Below, piece after piece: positions 42,178 through 57,100 of a DNA stretch of 64,000 nucleotides. Position 1 is the stretch's first letter. Every line of letters starts with the position of its first letter. Position numbers and translations under genes: made by a program. The stretch lies in assembly GCF_009914755.1 (NCBI RefSeq), contig NC_060943.1, one strand, 5' to 3'. The notes beneath the pieces are model-generated. The model worked only from the letters and a program-made list of their open reading frames with translations. It was not told where the DNA came from and searched no databases. The DNA comes from the human T2T-CHM13v2.0 reference genome, Homo sapiens.

Positions 42178-45100
42178 TATTCTGTAAAACTCCTTTGTGA
42201 TGTTTGCATTCAACTCAGAAAGTTGAACTTCTCTTTATATAGTCCAGTTTTCAAACACTATTTTTGTAGAATCTGCAAGTGGATACTGGGACTGCTTTGA
42301 GGCCTTCGTTGGAAACGGGATTATCTTCACATAGAAACTAGACTGAAGGATTCTTAGAAACTTCTTTGTGATGTGTGCATTCAACTCACCGAGTGGAACC
42401 TCACTTTTGATAGAGCAGTGTTGAAAGACACTTGTTGTAGAATCTGCAGGTGGATATTTGGAGTGCTTTGAAGCCTTCCTTGGAAACGGGAATATCTTCA
42501 CATAAAAACTAGACATAAGCATTCTCAGAAACTCCTTGGTGATCTGTCCATTCAGCTCACAGAGTTGAACCTTCCTTTTGATAGAGCAGTTTTGAAACAC
42601 TCTTTCTGTAGAGTCTGCAAGTGGATATCAGGAGCGCTTTGAGGCCTATGGTAGAAAAAGAAATATCTGCATATAAAAACTAGACAGAAGCATTCTGAGA
42701 AACTTCTTTGTGATGTTTGCATTCAACTACCAGAGTTGAACCTTCCTTTTGATAGAGCAGTTTTGAAACACTCTTTTTGTAGAATCTGCATGTGGATATC
42801 TGGAGCGATTTGAGGCCTATGGTCAAAAAGGAAATATCTTCCTATGAAAAACAGACAAAAGCATTCTCAGAAACTACTTTGAGATATGTGCATTCAACTC
42901 ACAGAGTTGAAACTTTTTTTTGATAGAGCAGTTTTGAAACACTCTGTAGAATCTGAAAGTGGATATTTGGAGCTATTTGAGGGCTATGGTGGAAAAGAAA
43001 ATATATTCCCATTAAACTAGACAGAAGCATCCTCAGAAACTTCTTTATGATGTTTGCATTAAACTCACAGAGTTGAACATACCTTTCCATAGAGCAGTTT
43101 TGAAACACTCTTTTTGGGGAATCCGCAAGTGGATATTTGGACCGCTTTGAGACCTTTGCTGGAAATGGGAATATCTTCACATATAAACTAGACAGAAGCA
43201 TTCTCGGAAACTTCTTCGTGATGTGTGCATTCTGCTCCCAAAGTTGAACCTTCCTTTTCATAAAGCAGTTTTGAAACACTCTTTTGTACAATCTACCATT
43301 GGATATGTGGAAGGCTTTGATGCCCATGGTAGAAAAGGAAACATCCTCATATAAAATCTAGACAGAAGGATTCACAGAAACTGCTGTGTGATGTGTGCAT
43401 CCAAATCACGGAGTTGAACTTTTCTTTTGTTAGAGCAGTTTTGAAACCCTGTTTCCGTGGAATCTGCCAGTGGACATTTGGAGCGCATTGAGGGCTATGG
43501 TGGAGAAGGAAATATCTTCACATAAAAACTAGAAAGAAGCATTCTCAGAAACATCTATGTGAAGTGTGCATTCAACTCACAGAGTTGAACCTTCCTTTTG
43601 ATAGAAGAGTTTTGAAACACTCTTTTGTACAATTGCAGGTGAATATTTGGAGCGCTTTGAAGCCTTTGTTGGAAATGGGAATATCCTCACATAAAAACTA
43701 GCCAGAAGCATTCTCAGAAACTTCTTTGTGATGTGTGCATTGAACCCAGAGAGATGAACCGTTCCTTTGAGAGAGCAGTTTTGAAACGTGTTTTTGTAAG
43801 ATCTGCAAGTGGATATTTGGGGCGCTTTGAGTCCTTAGGTGGAAACGGGAATATCTTCGAATAAAAACTAGACAGAATTATTCTCAGAATCTTCTTTGTG
43901 ATGTGGGCATTCAACTAACACAGTTGAACATTTCTTTTGACAGAGCAGTTCTGAAACACTCTTTTTGTAGAATCCGCCAGTGGATATTTGGAGCGCTTTG
44001 AGGGCTATTGTGCAAATGGAAATATCTTCACCTAAAAACTAGACCGAAGCAATCCCAGAAACTACTTTGTGATGTTTGCATTCAACTCACAGAGTTGAAC
44101 CTACCTCTTCATAGAGCAGTTTGGAAAACCTCTTTTTGTAGAATCTGCAAGTGGATATTTGGACCACTTTGAGGCCTTCATAGGAAACAGTACTATCTTC
44201 ACATAAAAACTAGGTAGAAGCATTCTCAGAAACTTCTTTGTGATGTGTGAATTCAACTCACAGAGTTGAACCTTCCTTTAATAGAGCAGTTTTGAAACAC
44301 TCTTTTTGTAGAATCTGCCAGTAGATATTTGGAGCGCTTTGAGGCCTTCGTTGGAAACCGGAATATCTTCACATAAAAAGTAGATAGAGGCATTCTCAGA
44401 AACTTTTTTGTGATATGTAGATTCAACTCACAGCGCTGAACCTTTCTTTTGATAGAGCAGTTTTGAAAAACTCTTTTATCGAATCTGCAAGTAGACATTT
44501 GGAGTGCTTTGAGGGCTGTGGTCGAAAAGGAAATATCTTCACATAGAAACTAGACTGAAGCATTCTCAGCAACTTCTTTGTGACGTTTGCATTCATCTCA
44601 CAGTGTTGAACATACCTTTTCATAGAGCAGTTTTGAAACACTATTTTTGTAGTATCTGCAAGTGGATATTTGGACTGCTTTGAGGCCTTCATTGGAAACG
44701 GGAATATCTTCACATAAACACTAGACAGAAGCATTCTCTGAAACTTCTTTGTGATGTGTGTATTCAACTCACAGAGTTGAACCATCTTTTTTATGGAGCG
44801 GTTTTGAAACAGTGTTTTTGTAGAATCAGCAAGTGGATATTGGGAGCGCTTTGAGGCCTCTGGTGGAAAGGGAATGTCTTCACATAAAAACTGGACAGAA
44901 GCATTCTCAGAAACATCTTTGTGATGTTTGCATTCAACTCACAGAGTTGATCCTTCCTTTTAATAGGGCAGTTTTGCAACACTCTTTTTGTAGAATGCAC
45001 CAGCGGGCTTTTGGAGCACGTCAAGGGCTATGGTGAAAAAGGAAATATCTTCACAAAAAACCAGACAGAAGTATTCTGTAAAACTCCTTTGTGATGTTTG

Positions 45101-48100
45101 CATTCAACTCAGAAAGTTGAACTTCTCTTTATATAGTCCAGTTTTCAAACACTATTTTTGTAGAATCTGCAAGTGGATACTGGGACTGCTTTGAGGCCTT
45201 CGTTGGAAACGGGATTATCTTCACATAGAAACTAGACTGAAGGATTCTTAGAAACTTCTTTTTGATGTGTGCATTCAACTCACCGAGTGGAACCTCACTT
45301 TTGATAGAGCAGTGTTGAAAGACACTTGTTGTAGAATCTGCAGGTGGATATTTGGAGTGCTTTGAAGCCTTCCTTGGAAACGGGAATATCTTCACATAAA
45401 AACTAGACATAAGCATTCTCAGAAACTCCTTTGTGATCTGTCCATTCAGCTCACAGAGTTGAACCTTCCTTTTGATAGAGCAGTTTTGAAACACTCTTTC
45501 TGTAGAGTCTGCAAGTGGATATCAGGAGCGCTTTGAGGCCTATGGTAGAAAAAGAAATATCTGCATATAAAAACTAGACAGAAGCATTCTGAGAAACTTC
45601 TTTGTGATGTTTGCATTCAACTACCAGAGTTGAACCTTCCTTTTGATAGAGCAGTTTTGAAACACTCTTTGTGTAGAATCTGCATGTGGATATCTGGAGC
45701 GATTTGAGGCCTATGGTCAAAAAGGAAATATCTTCCTATGAAAAACAGACAAAAGAATTCTCAGAAACTACTTAGAGATATGTGCATTCAACTCACAGAG
45801 TTGAAACTTTTTTTTGATAGAGCAGTTTTGAAACACTCTGTAGAATCTGAAAGTGGATATTTGGAGCTATTTGAGGGCTATGGTGGAAAAGAAAATATAT
45901 TCCCATTAAACTAGACAGAAGCATCCTCAGAAACTTCTTTATGATGTTTGCATTAAACTCACAGAGTTGAACATACCTTTCCATAGAGCAGTTTTGAAAC
46001 ACTCTTTTTGGGGAATCCGCAAGTGGATATTTGGACCGCTTTGAGACCTTTGCTGGAAATGGGAATATCTTCACATATAAACTAGACAGAAGCATTCTCG
46101 GAAACTTCTTCGTGATGTGTGCATTCTGCTCCCAAAGTTGAACGTTCCTTTTCATAAAGCAGTTTTGAAACACTCTTTTGTACAATCTACCATTGGATAT
46201 GTGGAAGGCTTTGATGCCCATGGTAGAAAAGGAAACATCCTCATATAAAATCTAGACAGAAGGATTCACAGAAACTGCTGTGTGATGTGTGCATCCAAAT
46301 CACGGAGTTGAACTTTTCTTTTGTTAGAGCAGTTTTGAAACCCTGTTTCCGTGGAATCTGCCAGTGGACATTTGGAGCACATTGAGGGCTATGGTGGAGA
46401 AGGAAATATCTTCACATAAAAACTAGAAAGAAGCATTCTCAGAAACATCTATGTGAAGTGTGCATTCAACTCACAGAGTTGAACCTTCCTTTTGATAGAA
46501 GAGTTTTGAAACACTCTTTTGTACAATTGCAGGTGAATATTTGGAGCGCTTTGAAGCCTTTGTTGGAAATGGGAATATCCTCACATAAAAACTAGCCAGA
46601 AGCATTCTCAGAAACTTCTTTGTGATGTGTGCATTGAACCCAGAGAGATGAACCGTTCCTTTGAGAGAGCAGTTTTGAAACGTGTTTTTGTAAGATCTGC
46701 AAGTGGATATTAGGGGCGCTTTGAGTCCTTAGGTGGAAACGGGAATATCTTCGAATAAAAACCAGACAGAATTATTCTCAGAATCTTCTTTGTGATGTGG
46801 GCATTCAACTAACACAGTTGAACATTTCTTTTGACAGAGCAGTTCTGAAACACTCTTTTTGTAGAATCCGCCAGTGGATATTTGGAGCGCTTTGAGGGCT
46901 ATTGTGCAAACGGAAATATCTTCACCTAAAAACTAGACCGAAGCAATCCCAGAAACTACTTTGTGATGTTTGCATTCAACTCACAGAGTTGAACCTACCT
47001 CTTCATAGAGCAGTTTGGAAAACCTCTTTTTGTAGAATCTGCAAGTGGATATTTGGACCACTTTGAGGCCTTCATAGGAAACAGTACTATCTTCACATAA
47101 AAACTAGGTAGAAGCATTCTCAGAAACTTCTTTGTGATGTGTGAATTCAACTCACAGAGTTGAACCTTCCTTTAATAGAGCAGTTTTGAAACACTCTTTT
47201 TGTAGAATCTGCCAGTAGATATTTGGAGCGCTTTGAGGCCTTCGTTGGAAACCGGAATATCTTCACATAAAAAGTAGATAGAGGCATTCTCAGAAACTTT
47301 TTTGTGATATGTAGATTCAACTCACAGCGCTGAACCTTTCTTTTGATAGAGCAGTTTTGAAAAACTCTTTTATCGAATCTGCAAGTAGACATTTGGAGTG
47401 CTTTGAGGGCTGTGGTCGAAAAGGAAATATCTTCACATAGAAACTAGACTGAAGCATTCTCAGCAACTTCTTTGTGACGTTTGCATTCATCTCACAGTGT
47501 TGAACATACCTTTTCATAGAGCAGTTTTGAAACACTATTTTTGTAGTATCTGCAAGTGGATATTTGGACTGCTTTGAGGCCTTCATTGGAAACGGGAATA
47601 TCTTCACATAAACACTAGACAGAAGCATTCTCTGAAACTTCTTTGTGATGTGTGTATTCAACTCACAGAGTTGAACCATCTTTTTTATGGAGCGGTTTTG
47701 AAACAGTGTTTTTGTAGAATCAGCAAGTGGATATTGGGAGCGCTTTGAGGCCTCTGGTGGAAAGGGAATGTCTTCACATAAAAACTGGACAGAAGCATTC
47801 TCAGAAACATCTTTGTGATGTTTGCATTCAACTCACAGAGTTGATCCTTCCTTTTAATAGGGCAGTTTTGCAACACTCTTTTTGTAGAATGCACCAGCGG
47901 GCTTTTGGAGCACGTCAAGGGCTATGGTGAAAAAGGAAATATCTTCACAAAAAACCAGACAGAAGTATTCTGTAAAACTCCTTTGTGATGTTTGCATTCA
48001 ACTCAGAAAGTTGAACTTCTCTTTATATAGTCCAGTTTTCAAACACTATTTTTGTAGAATCTGCAAGTGGATACTGGGACTGCTTTGAGGCCTTCGTTGG

Positions 48101-51100
48101 AAACGGGATTATCTTCACATAGAAACTAGACTGAAGGATTCTTAGAAACTTCTTTTTGATGTGTGCATTCAACTCACCGAGTGGAACCTCACTTTTGATA
48201 GAGCAGTGTTGAAAGACACTTGTTGTAGAATCTGCAGGTGGATATTTGGAGTGCTTTGAAGCCTTCCTTGGAAACGGGAATATCTTCACATAAAAACTAG
48301 ACATAAGCATTCTCAGAAACTCCTTTGTGATCTGTCCATTCAGCTCACAGAGTTGAACCTTCCTTTTGATAGAGCAGTTTTGAAACACTCTTTCTGTAGA
48401 GTCTGCAAGTGGATATCAGGAGCGCTTTGAGGCCTATGGTAGAAAAAGAAATATCTGCATATAAAAACTAGACAGAAGCATTCTGAGAAACTTCTTTGTG
48501 ATGTTTGCATTCAACTACCAGAGTTGAACCTTCCTTTTGATAGAGCAGTTTTGAAACACTCTTTGTGTAGAATCTGCATGTGGATATCTGGAGCGATTTG
48601 AGGCCTATGGTCAAAAAGGAAATATCTTCCTATGAAAAACAGACAAAAGAATTCTCAGAAACTACTTAGAGATATGTGCATTCAACTCACAGAGTTGAAA
48701 CTTTTTTTTGATAGAGCAGTTTTGAAACACTCTGTAGAATCTGAAAGTGGATATTTGGAGCTATTTGAGGGCTATGGTGGAAAAGAAAATATATTCCCAT
48801 TAAACTAGACAGAAGCATCCTCAGAAACTTCTTTATGATGTTTGCATTAAACTCACAGAGTTGAACATACCTTTCCATAGAGCAGCTTTGAAACACTCTT
48901 TTTGGGGAATCCGGAAGTGGATATTTGGACCGCTTTGAGACCTTTGCTGGAAATGGGAATATCTTCACATATAAACTAGACAGAAGCATTCTTGGAAACT
49001 TCTTCGTGATGTGTGCATTCTGCTCCCAAAGTTGAACGTTCCTTTTCATAAAGCAGTTTTGAAACACTCTTTTGTACAATCTACCATTGGATATGTGGAA
49101 GGCTTTGATGCCCATGGTAGAAAAGGAAACATCCTCATATAAAATCTAGACAGAAGGATTCACAGAAACTGCTGTGTGATGTGTGCATCCAAATCACGGA
49201 GTTGAACGTTTCTTTTGTTAGAGCAGTTTTGAAACCCTGTTTCCGTGGAATCTGCCAGTGGACATTTGGAGCGCATTGAGGGCTATGGTGGAGAAGGAAA
49301 TATCTTCACATAAAAACTAGAAAGAAGCATTCTCAGAAACATCTATGTGAAGTGTGCATTCAACTCACAGAGTTGAACCTTCCTTTTGATAGAAGAGTTT
49401 TGAAACACTCTTTTGTACAATTGCAGGTGAATATTTGGAGCGCTTTGAAGCCTTTGTTGGAAATGGGAATATCCTCACATAAAAACTAGCCAGAAGCATT
49501 CTCAGAAACTTCTTTGTGATGTGTGCATTGAACCCAGAGAGATGAACCGTTCCTTTGAGAGAGCAGTTTTGAAACGTGTTTTTGTAAGATCTGCAAGTGG
49601 ATATTAGGGGCGCTTTGAGTCCTTAGGTGGAAACGGGAATATCTTCGAATAAAAACTAGACAGAATTATTCTCAGAATCTTCTTTGTGATGTGGGCATTC
49701 AACTAACACAGTTGAACATTTCTTTTGACAGAGCAGTTCTGAAACACTCTTTTTGTAGAATCCGCCAGTGGATATTTGGAGCGCTTTGAGGGCTATTGTG
49801 CAAACGGAAATATCTTCACCTAAAAACTAGACCGAAGCAATCCCAGAAACTACTTTGTGATGTTTGCATTCAACTCACAGAGTTGAACCTACCTCTTCAT
49901 AGAGCAGTTTGGAAAACCTCTTTTTGTAGAATCTGCAAGTGGATATTTGGACCACTTTGAGGCCTTCATAGGAAACAGTACTATCTTCACATAAAAACTA
50001 GGTAGAAGCATTCTCAGAAACTTCTTTGTGATGTGTGAATTCAACTCACAGAGTTGAACCTTCCTTTAATAGAGCAGTTTTGAAACACTCTTTTTGTAGA
50101 ATCTGCCAGTAGATATTTGGAGCGCTTTGAGGCCTTCGTTGGAAACCGGAATATCTTCACATAAAAAGTAGATAGAGGCATTCTCAGAAACTTTTTTGTG
50201 ATATGTAGATTCAACTCACAGCGCTGAACCTTTCTTTTGATAGAGCAGTTTTGAAAAACTCTTTTATCGAATCTGCAAGTAGACATTTGGAGTGCTTTGA
50301 GGGCTGTGGTCGAAAAGGAAATATCTTCACATAGAAACTAGACTGAAGCATTCTCAGCAACTTCTTTGTGACGTTTGCATTCATCTCACAGTGTTGAACA
50401 TACCTTTTCATAGAGCAGTTTTGAAACACTATTTTTGTAGTATCTGCAAGTGGATATTTGGACTGCTTTGAGGCCTTCATTGGAAACGGGAATATCTTCA
50501 CATAAACACTAGACAGAAGCATTCTCTGAAACTTCTTTGTGATGTGTGTATTCAACTCACAGAGTTGAACCATCTTTTTTATGGAGCGGTTTTGAAACAG
50601 TGTTTTTGTAGAATCAGCAAGTGGATATTGGGAGCGCTTTGAGGCCTCTGGTGGAAAGGGAATGTCTTCACATAAAAACTGGACAGAAGCATTCTCAGAA
50701 ACATCTTTGTGATGTTTGCATTCAACTCACAGAGTTGATCCTTCCTTTTAATAGGGCAGTTTTGCAACACTCTTTTTGTAGAATGCACCAGCGGGCTTTT
50801 GGAGCACGTCAAGGGCTATGGTGAAAAAGGAAATATCTTCACAAAAAACCAGACAGAAGTATTCTGTAAAACTCCTTTGTGATGTTTGCATTCAACTCAG
50901 AAAGTTGAACTTCTCTTTATATAGTCCAGTTTTCAAACACTATTTTTGTAGAATCTGCAAGTGGATACTGGGACTGCTTTGAGGCCTTCGTTGGAAACGG
51001 GATTATCTTCACATAGAAACTAGACTGAAGGATTCTTAGAAACTTCTTTGTGATGTGTGCATTCAACTCACCGAGTGGAACCTCACTTTTGATAGAGCAG

Positions 51101-54100
51101 TGTTGAAAGACACTTGTTGTAGAATCTGCAGGTGGATATTTGGAGTGCTTTGAAGCCTTCCTTGGAAACGGGAATATCTTCACATAAAAACTAGACATAA
51201 GCATTCTCAGAAACTCCTTTGTGATCTGTCCATTCAGCTCACAGAGTTGAACCTTCCTTTTGATAGAGCAGTTTTGAAACACTCTTTCTGTAGAGTCTGC
51301 AAGTGGATATCAGGAGCGCTTTGAGGCCTATGGTAGAAAAAGAAATATCTGCATATAAAAACTAGACAGAAGCATTCTGAGAAACTTCTTTGTGATGTTT
51401 GCATTCAACTACCAGAGTTGAACCTTCCTTTTGATAGAGCAGTTTTGAAACACTCTTTGTGTAGAATCTGCATGTGGATATCTGGAGCGATTTGAGGCCT
51501 ATGGTCAAAAAGGAAATATCTTCCTATGAAAAACAGACAAAAGCATTCTCAGAAACTACTTTGAGATATGTGCATTCAACTCACAGAGTTGAAACTTTTT
51601 TTTGATAGAGCAGTTTTGAAACACTCTGTAGAATCTGAAAGTGGATATTTGGAGCTATTTGAGGGCTATGGTGGAAAAGAAAATATATTCCCATTAAACT
51701 AGACAGAAGCATCCTCAGAAACTTCTTTATGATGTTTGCATTAAACTCACAGAGTTGAACATACCTTTCCATAGAGCAGTTTTGAAACACTCTTTTTGGG
51801 GAATCCGCAAGTGGATATTTGGACTGCTTTGAGACCTTTGCTGGAAATGGGAATATCTTCACATATAAACTAGACAGAAGCATTCTCGGAAACTTCTTCG
51901 TGATGTGTGCATTCTGCTCCCAAAGTTGAACCTTCCTTTTCATAAAGCAGTTTTGAAACACTCTTTTGTACAATCTACCATTGGATATGTGGAAGGCTTT
52001 CATGCCCATGGTAGAAAAGGAAACATCCTCATATAAAATCTAGACAGAAGGATTCACAGAAACTGCTGTGTGATGTGTGCATCCAAATCACGGAGTTGAA
52101 CTTTTCTTTTGTTAGAGCAGTTTTGAAACCCTGTTTCCGTGGAATCTGCCAGTGGACATTTGGAGCGCATTGAGGGCTATGGTGGAGAAGGAAATATCTT
52201 CACATAAAAACTAGAAAGAAGCATTCTCAGAAACATCTATGTGAAGTGTGCATTCAACTCACAGAGTTGAACCTTCCTTTTGATAGAAGAGTTTTGAAAC
52301 ACTCTTTTGTACAATTGCAGGTGAATATTTGGAGCGCTTTGAAGCCTTTGTTGGAAATGGGAATATCCTCACATAAAAACTAGCCAGAAGCATTCTCAGA
52401 AACTTCTTTGTGATGTGTGCATTGAACCCAGAGAGATGAACCGTTCCTTTGAGAGAGCAGTTTTGAAACGTGTTTTTGTAAGATCTGCAAGTGGATATTA
52501 GGGGCGCTTTGAGTCCTTAGGTGGAAACGGGAATATCTTCGAATAAAAACTAGACAGAATTATTCTCAGAATCTTCTTTGTGATGTGGGCATTCAACTAA
52601 CACAGTTGAACATTTCTTTTGACAGAGCAGTTCTGAAACACTCTTTTTGTAGAATCCGCCAGTGGATATTTGGAGCGCTTTGAGGGCTATTGTGCAAACG
52701 GAAATATCTTCACCTAAAAACTAGACCGAAGCAATCCCAGAAACTACTTTGTGATGTTTGCATTCAACTCACAGAGTTGAACCTACCTCTTCATAGAGCA
52801 GTTTGGAAAACCTCTTTTTGTAGAATCTGCAAGTGGATATTTGGACCACTTTGAGGCCTTCATAGGAAACAGTACTATCTTCACATAAAAACTAGGTAGA
52901 AGCATTCTCAGAAACTTCTTTGTGATGTGTGAATTCAACTCACAGAGTTGAACCTTCCTTTAATAGAGCAGTTTTGAAACACTCTTTTTGTAGAATCTGC
53001 CAGTAGATATTTGGAGCGCTTTGAGGCCTTCGTTGGAAACCGGAATATCTTCACATAAAAAGTAGATAGAGGCATTCTCAGAAACTTTTTTGTGATATGT
53101 AGATTCAACTCACAGCGCTGAACCTTTCTTTTGATAGAGCAGTTTTGAAAAACTCTTTTATCGAATCTGCAAGTAGACATTTGGAGTGCTTTGAGGGCTG
53201 TGGTCGAAAAGGAAATATCTTCACATAGAAACTAGACTGAAGCATTCTCAGCAACTTCTTTGTGACGTTTGCATTCATCTCACAGTGTTGAACATACCTT
53301 TTCATAGAGCAGTTTTGAAACACTATTTTTGTAGTATCTGCAAGTGGATATTTGGACTGCTTTGAGGCCTTCATTGGAAACGGGAATATCTTCACATAAA
53401 CACTAGACAGAAGCATTCTCTGAAACTTCTTTGTGATGTGTGTATTCAACTCACAGAGTTGAACCATCTTTTTTATGGAGCGGTTTTGAAACAGTGTTTT
53501 TGTAGAATCAGCAAGTGGATATTGGGAGCGCTTTGAGGCCTCTGGTGGAAAGGGAATGTCTTCACATAAAAACTGGACAGAAGCATTCTCAGAAACATCT
53601 TTGTGATGTTTGCATTCAACTCACAGAGTTGATCCTTCCTTTTAATAGGGCAGTTTTGCAACACTCTTTTTGTAGAATGCACCAGTGGGCTTTTGGGGCA
53701 CGTCAAGGGCTATGGTGAAAAAGGAAATATCTTCACATAAAAACTAGACAGAAGTATTCTGTAAAACTCCTTTGTGATGTTTGCATTCAACTCAGAAAGT
53801 TGAACTTCTCTTTATATAGTCCAGTTTTCAAACACTATTTTTGTAGAATCTGCAAGTGGATACTGGGACTGCTTTGAGGCTATCGTTGGAAACAGGATTA
53901 TCTTCACATAAAAACTAGACTGAAGGATTCTTAGAAACTTCTTTGTGATGTGTGCATTCAACTCACCGAGTGGAACCTCACTTTTGATAGAGCAGTGTTG
54001 AAAGACACTTGTTGTAGAATCTGCAGGTGGATATTTGGAGTGCTTTGAAGCCTTCCTTGGAAACGGGAATATCTTCACATAAAAACTAGACATAAGCATT

Positions 54101-57100
54101 CTCAGAAACTCCTTTGTGATCTGTCCATTCAGCTCACAGAGTTGAACCTTCCTTTTGATAGAGCAGTTTTGAAACACTCTTTCTGTAGAGTCTGCAAGTG
54201 GATATCAGGAGCGCTTTGAGGCCTATGGTAGAAAAAGAAATATCTGCATATAAAAACTAGACAGAAGCATTCTGAGAAACTTCTTTGTGATGTTTGCATT
54301 CAACTACCAGAGTTGAACCTTCCTTTTGATAGAGCAGTTTTGAAACACTCTTTGTGTAGAATCTGCATGTGGATATCAGGAGCGCTTTGAGGCCTATGGC
54401 AGAAAAAGAAATATCTGGCTCTAAAAACTAGACAGAAGCATTCTGAGAAACTTCTTTGTGATGTTTGCATTCAACTACCAGAGTTGAACCTTCCTTTTGA
54501 TAGAGCAGTTTTGAAACACTCTTTGTGTAGAATCTGCATGTGGATATCTGGAGCGATTTGAGGCCTATGGTCAAAAAGGAAATATCTTCCTATGAAAAAC
54601 AGACAAAAGCATTCTCAGAAACTACTTTGAGATATGTGCATTCAACTCACAGAGTTGAAACTTTTTTTTGATAGAGCAGTTTTGAAACAATCTGTAGAAT
54701 CTGAAAGTGGATATTTGGAGCTATTTGAGGGCTATGGTGGAAAAGAAAATATATTCCCATTAAACTAGACAGAAGCATCCTCAGAAACTTCTTTGTGATG
54801 TTTGCATTAAACTCACAGAGTTGAACATACCTTTCCATAGAGCAGTTTTGAAACACTCTTTTTGGGGAATCCGCAAGTGGATATTTGGACCGCTTTGAGA
54901 CCTTTGCTGGAAATGGGAATATCTTCACATATAAACTAGACAGAAGCATTCTCGGAAACTTCTTCGTGATGTGTGCATTCTGCTCCCAAAGTTGAACCTT
55001 CCTTTTCATAAAGCAGTTTTGAAACACTCTTTTGTACAATCTACCATTGGATATGTGGAAGGCTTTGATGCCCATGGTAGAAAAGGAAACATCCTCATAT
55101 AAAATCTAGACAGAAGGATTCACAGAAACTGCTGTGTGATGTGTGCATCCAAATCACGGAGTTGAACTTTTCTTTTGTTAGAGCAGTTTTGAAACCCTGT
55201 TTCCGTGGAATCTGCCAGTGGACATTTGGAGCGCATTGAGGGCTATGGTGGAGAAGGAAATATCTTCACATAAAAACTAGAAAGAAGCATTCTCAGAAAC
55301 ATCTATGTGAAGTGTGCATTCAACTCACAGAGTTGAACCTTCCTTTTGATAGAAGAGTTTTGAAACACTCTTTTGTACAATTGCAGGTGAATATTTGGAG
55401 CGCTTTGAAGCCTTTGTTGGAAATGGGAATATCCTCACATAAAAACTAGCCAGAAGCATTCTCAGAAACTTCTTTGTGATGTGTGCATTGAACCCAGAGA
55501 GATGAACCGTTCCTTTGAGAGAGCAGTTTTGAAACGTGTTTTTGTAAGATCTGCAAGTGGATATTAGGGGCGCTTTGAGTCCTTAGGTGGAAACGGGAAT
55601 ATCTTCGAATAAAAACTAGACAGAATTATTCTCAGAATCTTCTTTGTGATGTGGGCATTCAACTAACACAGTTGAACATTTCTTTTGACAGAGCAGTTCT
55701 GAAACACTCTTTTTGTAGAATCCGCCAGTGGATATTTGGAGCGCTTTGAGGGCTATTGTGCAAACGGAAATATCTTCACCTAAAAACTAGACCGAAGCAA
55801 TCCCAGAAACTACTTTGTGATGTTTGCATTCAACTCACAGAGTTGAACCTACCTCTTCATAGAGCAGTTTGGAAAACCTCTTTTTGTAGAATCTGCAAGT
55901 GGATATTTGGACCACTTTGAGGCCTTCATAGGAAACAGTACTATCTTCACATAAAAACTAGGTAGAAGCATTCTCAGAAACTTCTTTGTGATGTGTGAAT
56001 TCAACTCACAGAGTTGAACCTTCCTTTAATAGAGCAGTTTTGAAACACTCTTTTTGTAGAATCTGCCAGTAGATATTTGGAGCGCTTTGAGGCCTTCGTT
56101 GGAAACCGGAATATCTTCACATAAAAAGTAGATAGAGGCATTCTCAGAAACTTTTTTGTGATATGTAGATTCAACTCACAGCGCTGAACCTTTCTTTTGA
56201 TAGAGCAGTTTTGAAAAACTCTTTTATCGAATCTGCAAGTAGACATTTGGAGTGCTTTGAGGGCTGTGGTCGAAAAGGAAATATCTTCACATAGAAACTA
56301 GACTGAAGCATTCTCAGCAACTTCTTTGTGACGTTTGCATTCATCTCACAGTGTTGAACATACCTTTTCATAGAGCAGTTTTGAAACACTATTTTTGTAG
56401 TATCTGCAAGTGGATATTTGGACTGCTTTGAGGCCTTCATTGGAAACGGGAATATCTTCACATAAACACTAGACAGAAGCATTCTCTGAAACTTCTTTGT
56501 GATGTGTGTATTCAACTCACAGAGTTGAACCATCTTTTTTATGGAGCGGTTTTGAAACAGTGTTTTTGTAGAATCAGCAAGTGGATATTGGGAGCGCTTT
56601 GAGGCCTCTGGTGGAAAGGGAATGTCTTCACATAAAAACTGGACAGAAGCATTCTCAGAAACATCTTTGTGATGTTTGCATTCAACTCACAGAGTTGATC
56701 CTTCCTTTTAATAGGGCAGTTTTGCAACACTCTTTTTGTAGAATGCACCAGTGGGCTTTTGGGGCACGTCAAGGGCTATGGTGAAAAAGGAAATATCTTC
56801 ACATAAAAACTAGACAGAAGTATTCTGTAAAACTCCTTTGTGATGTTTGCATTCAACTCAGAAAGTTGAACTTCTCTTTATATAGTCCAGTTTTCAAACA
56901 CTATTTTTGTAGAATCTGCAAGTGGATACTGGGACTGCTTTGAGGCCTTCGTTGGAAACAGGATTATCTTCTCATAAAAACTAGACTGAAGGATTCTTAG
57001 AAACTTCTTTGTGATGTGTGCATTCAACTCACCGAGTGGAACCTCACTTTTGATAGAGCAGTGTTGAAAGACACTTGTTGTAGAATCTGCAGGTGGATAT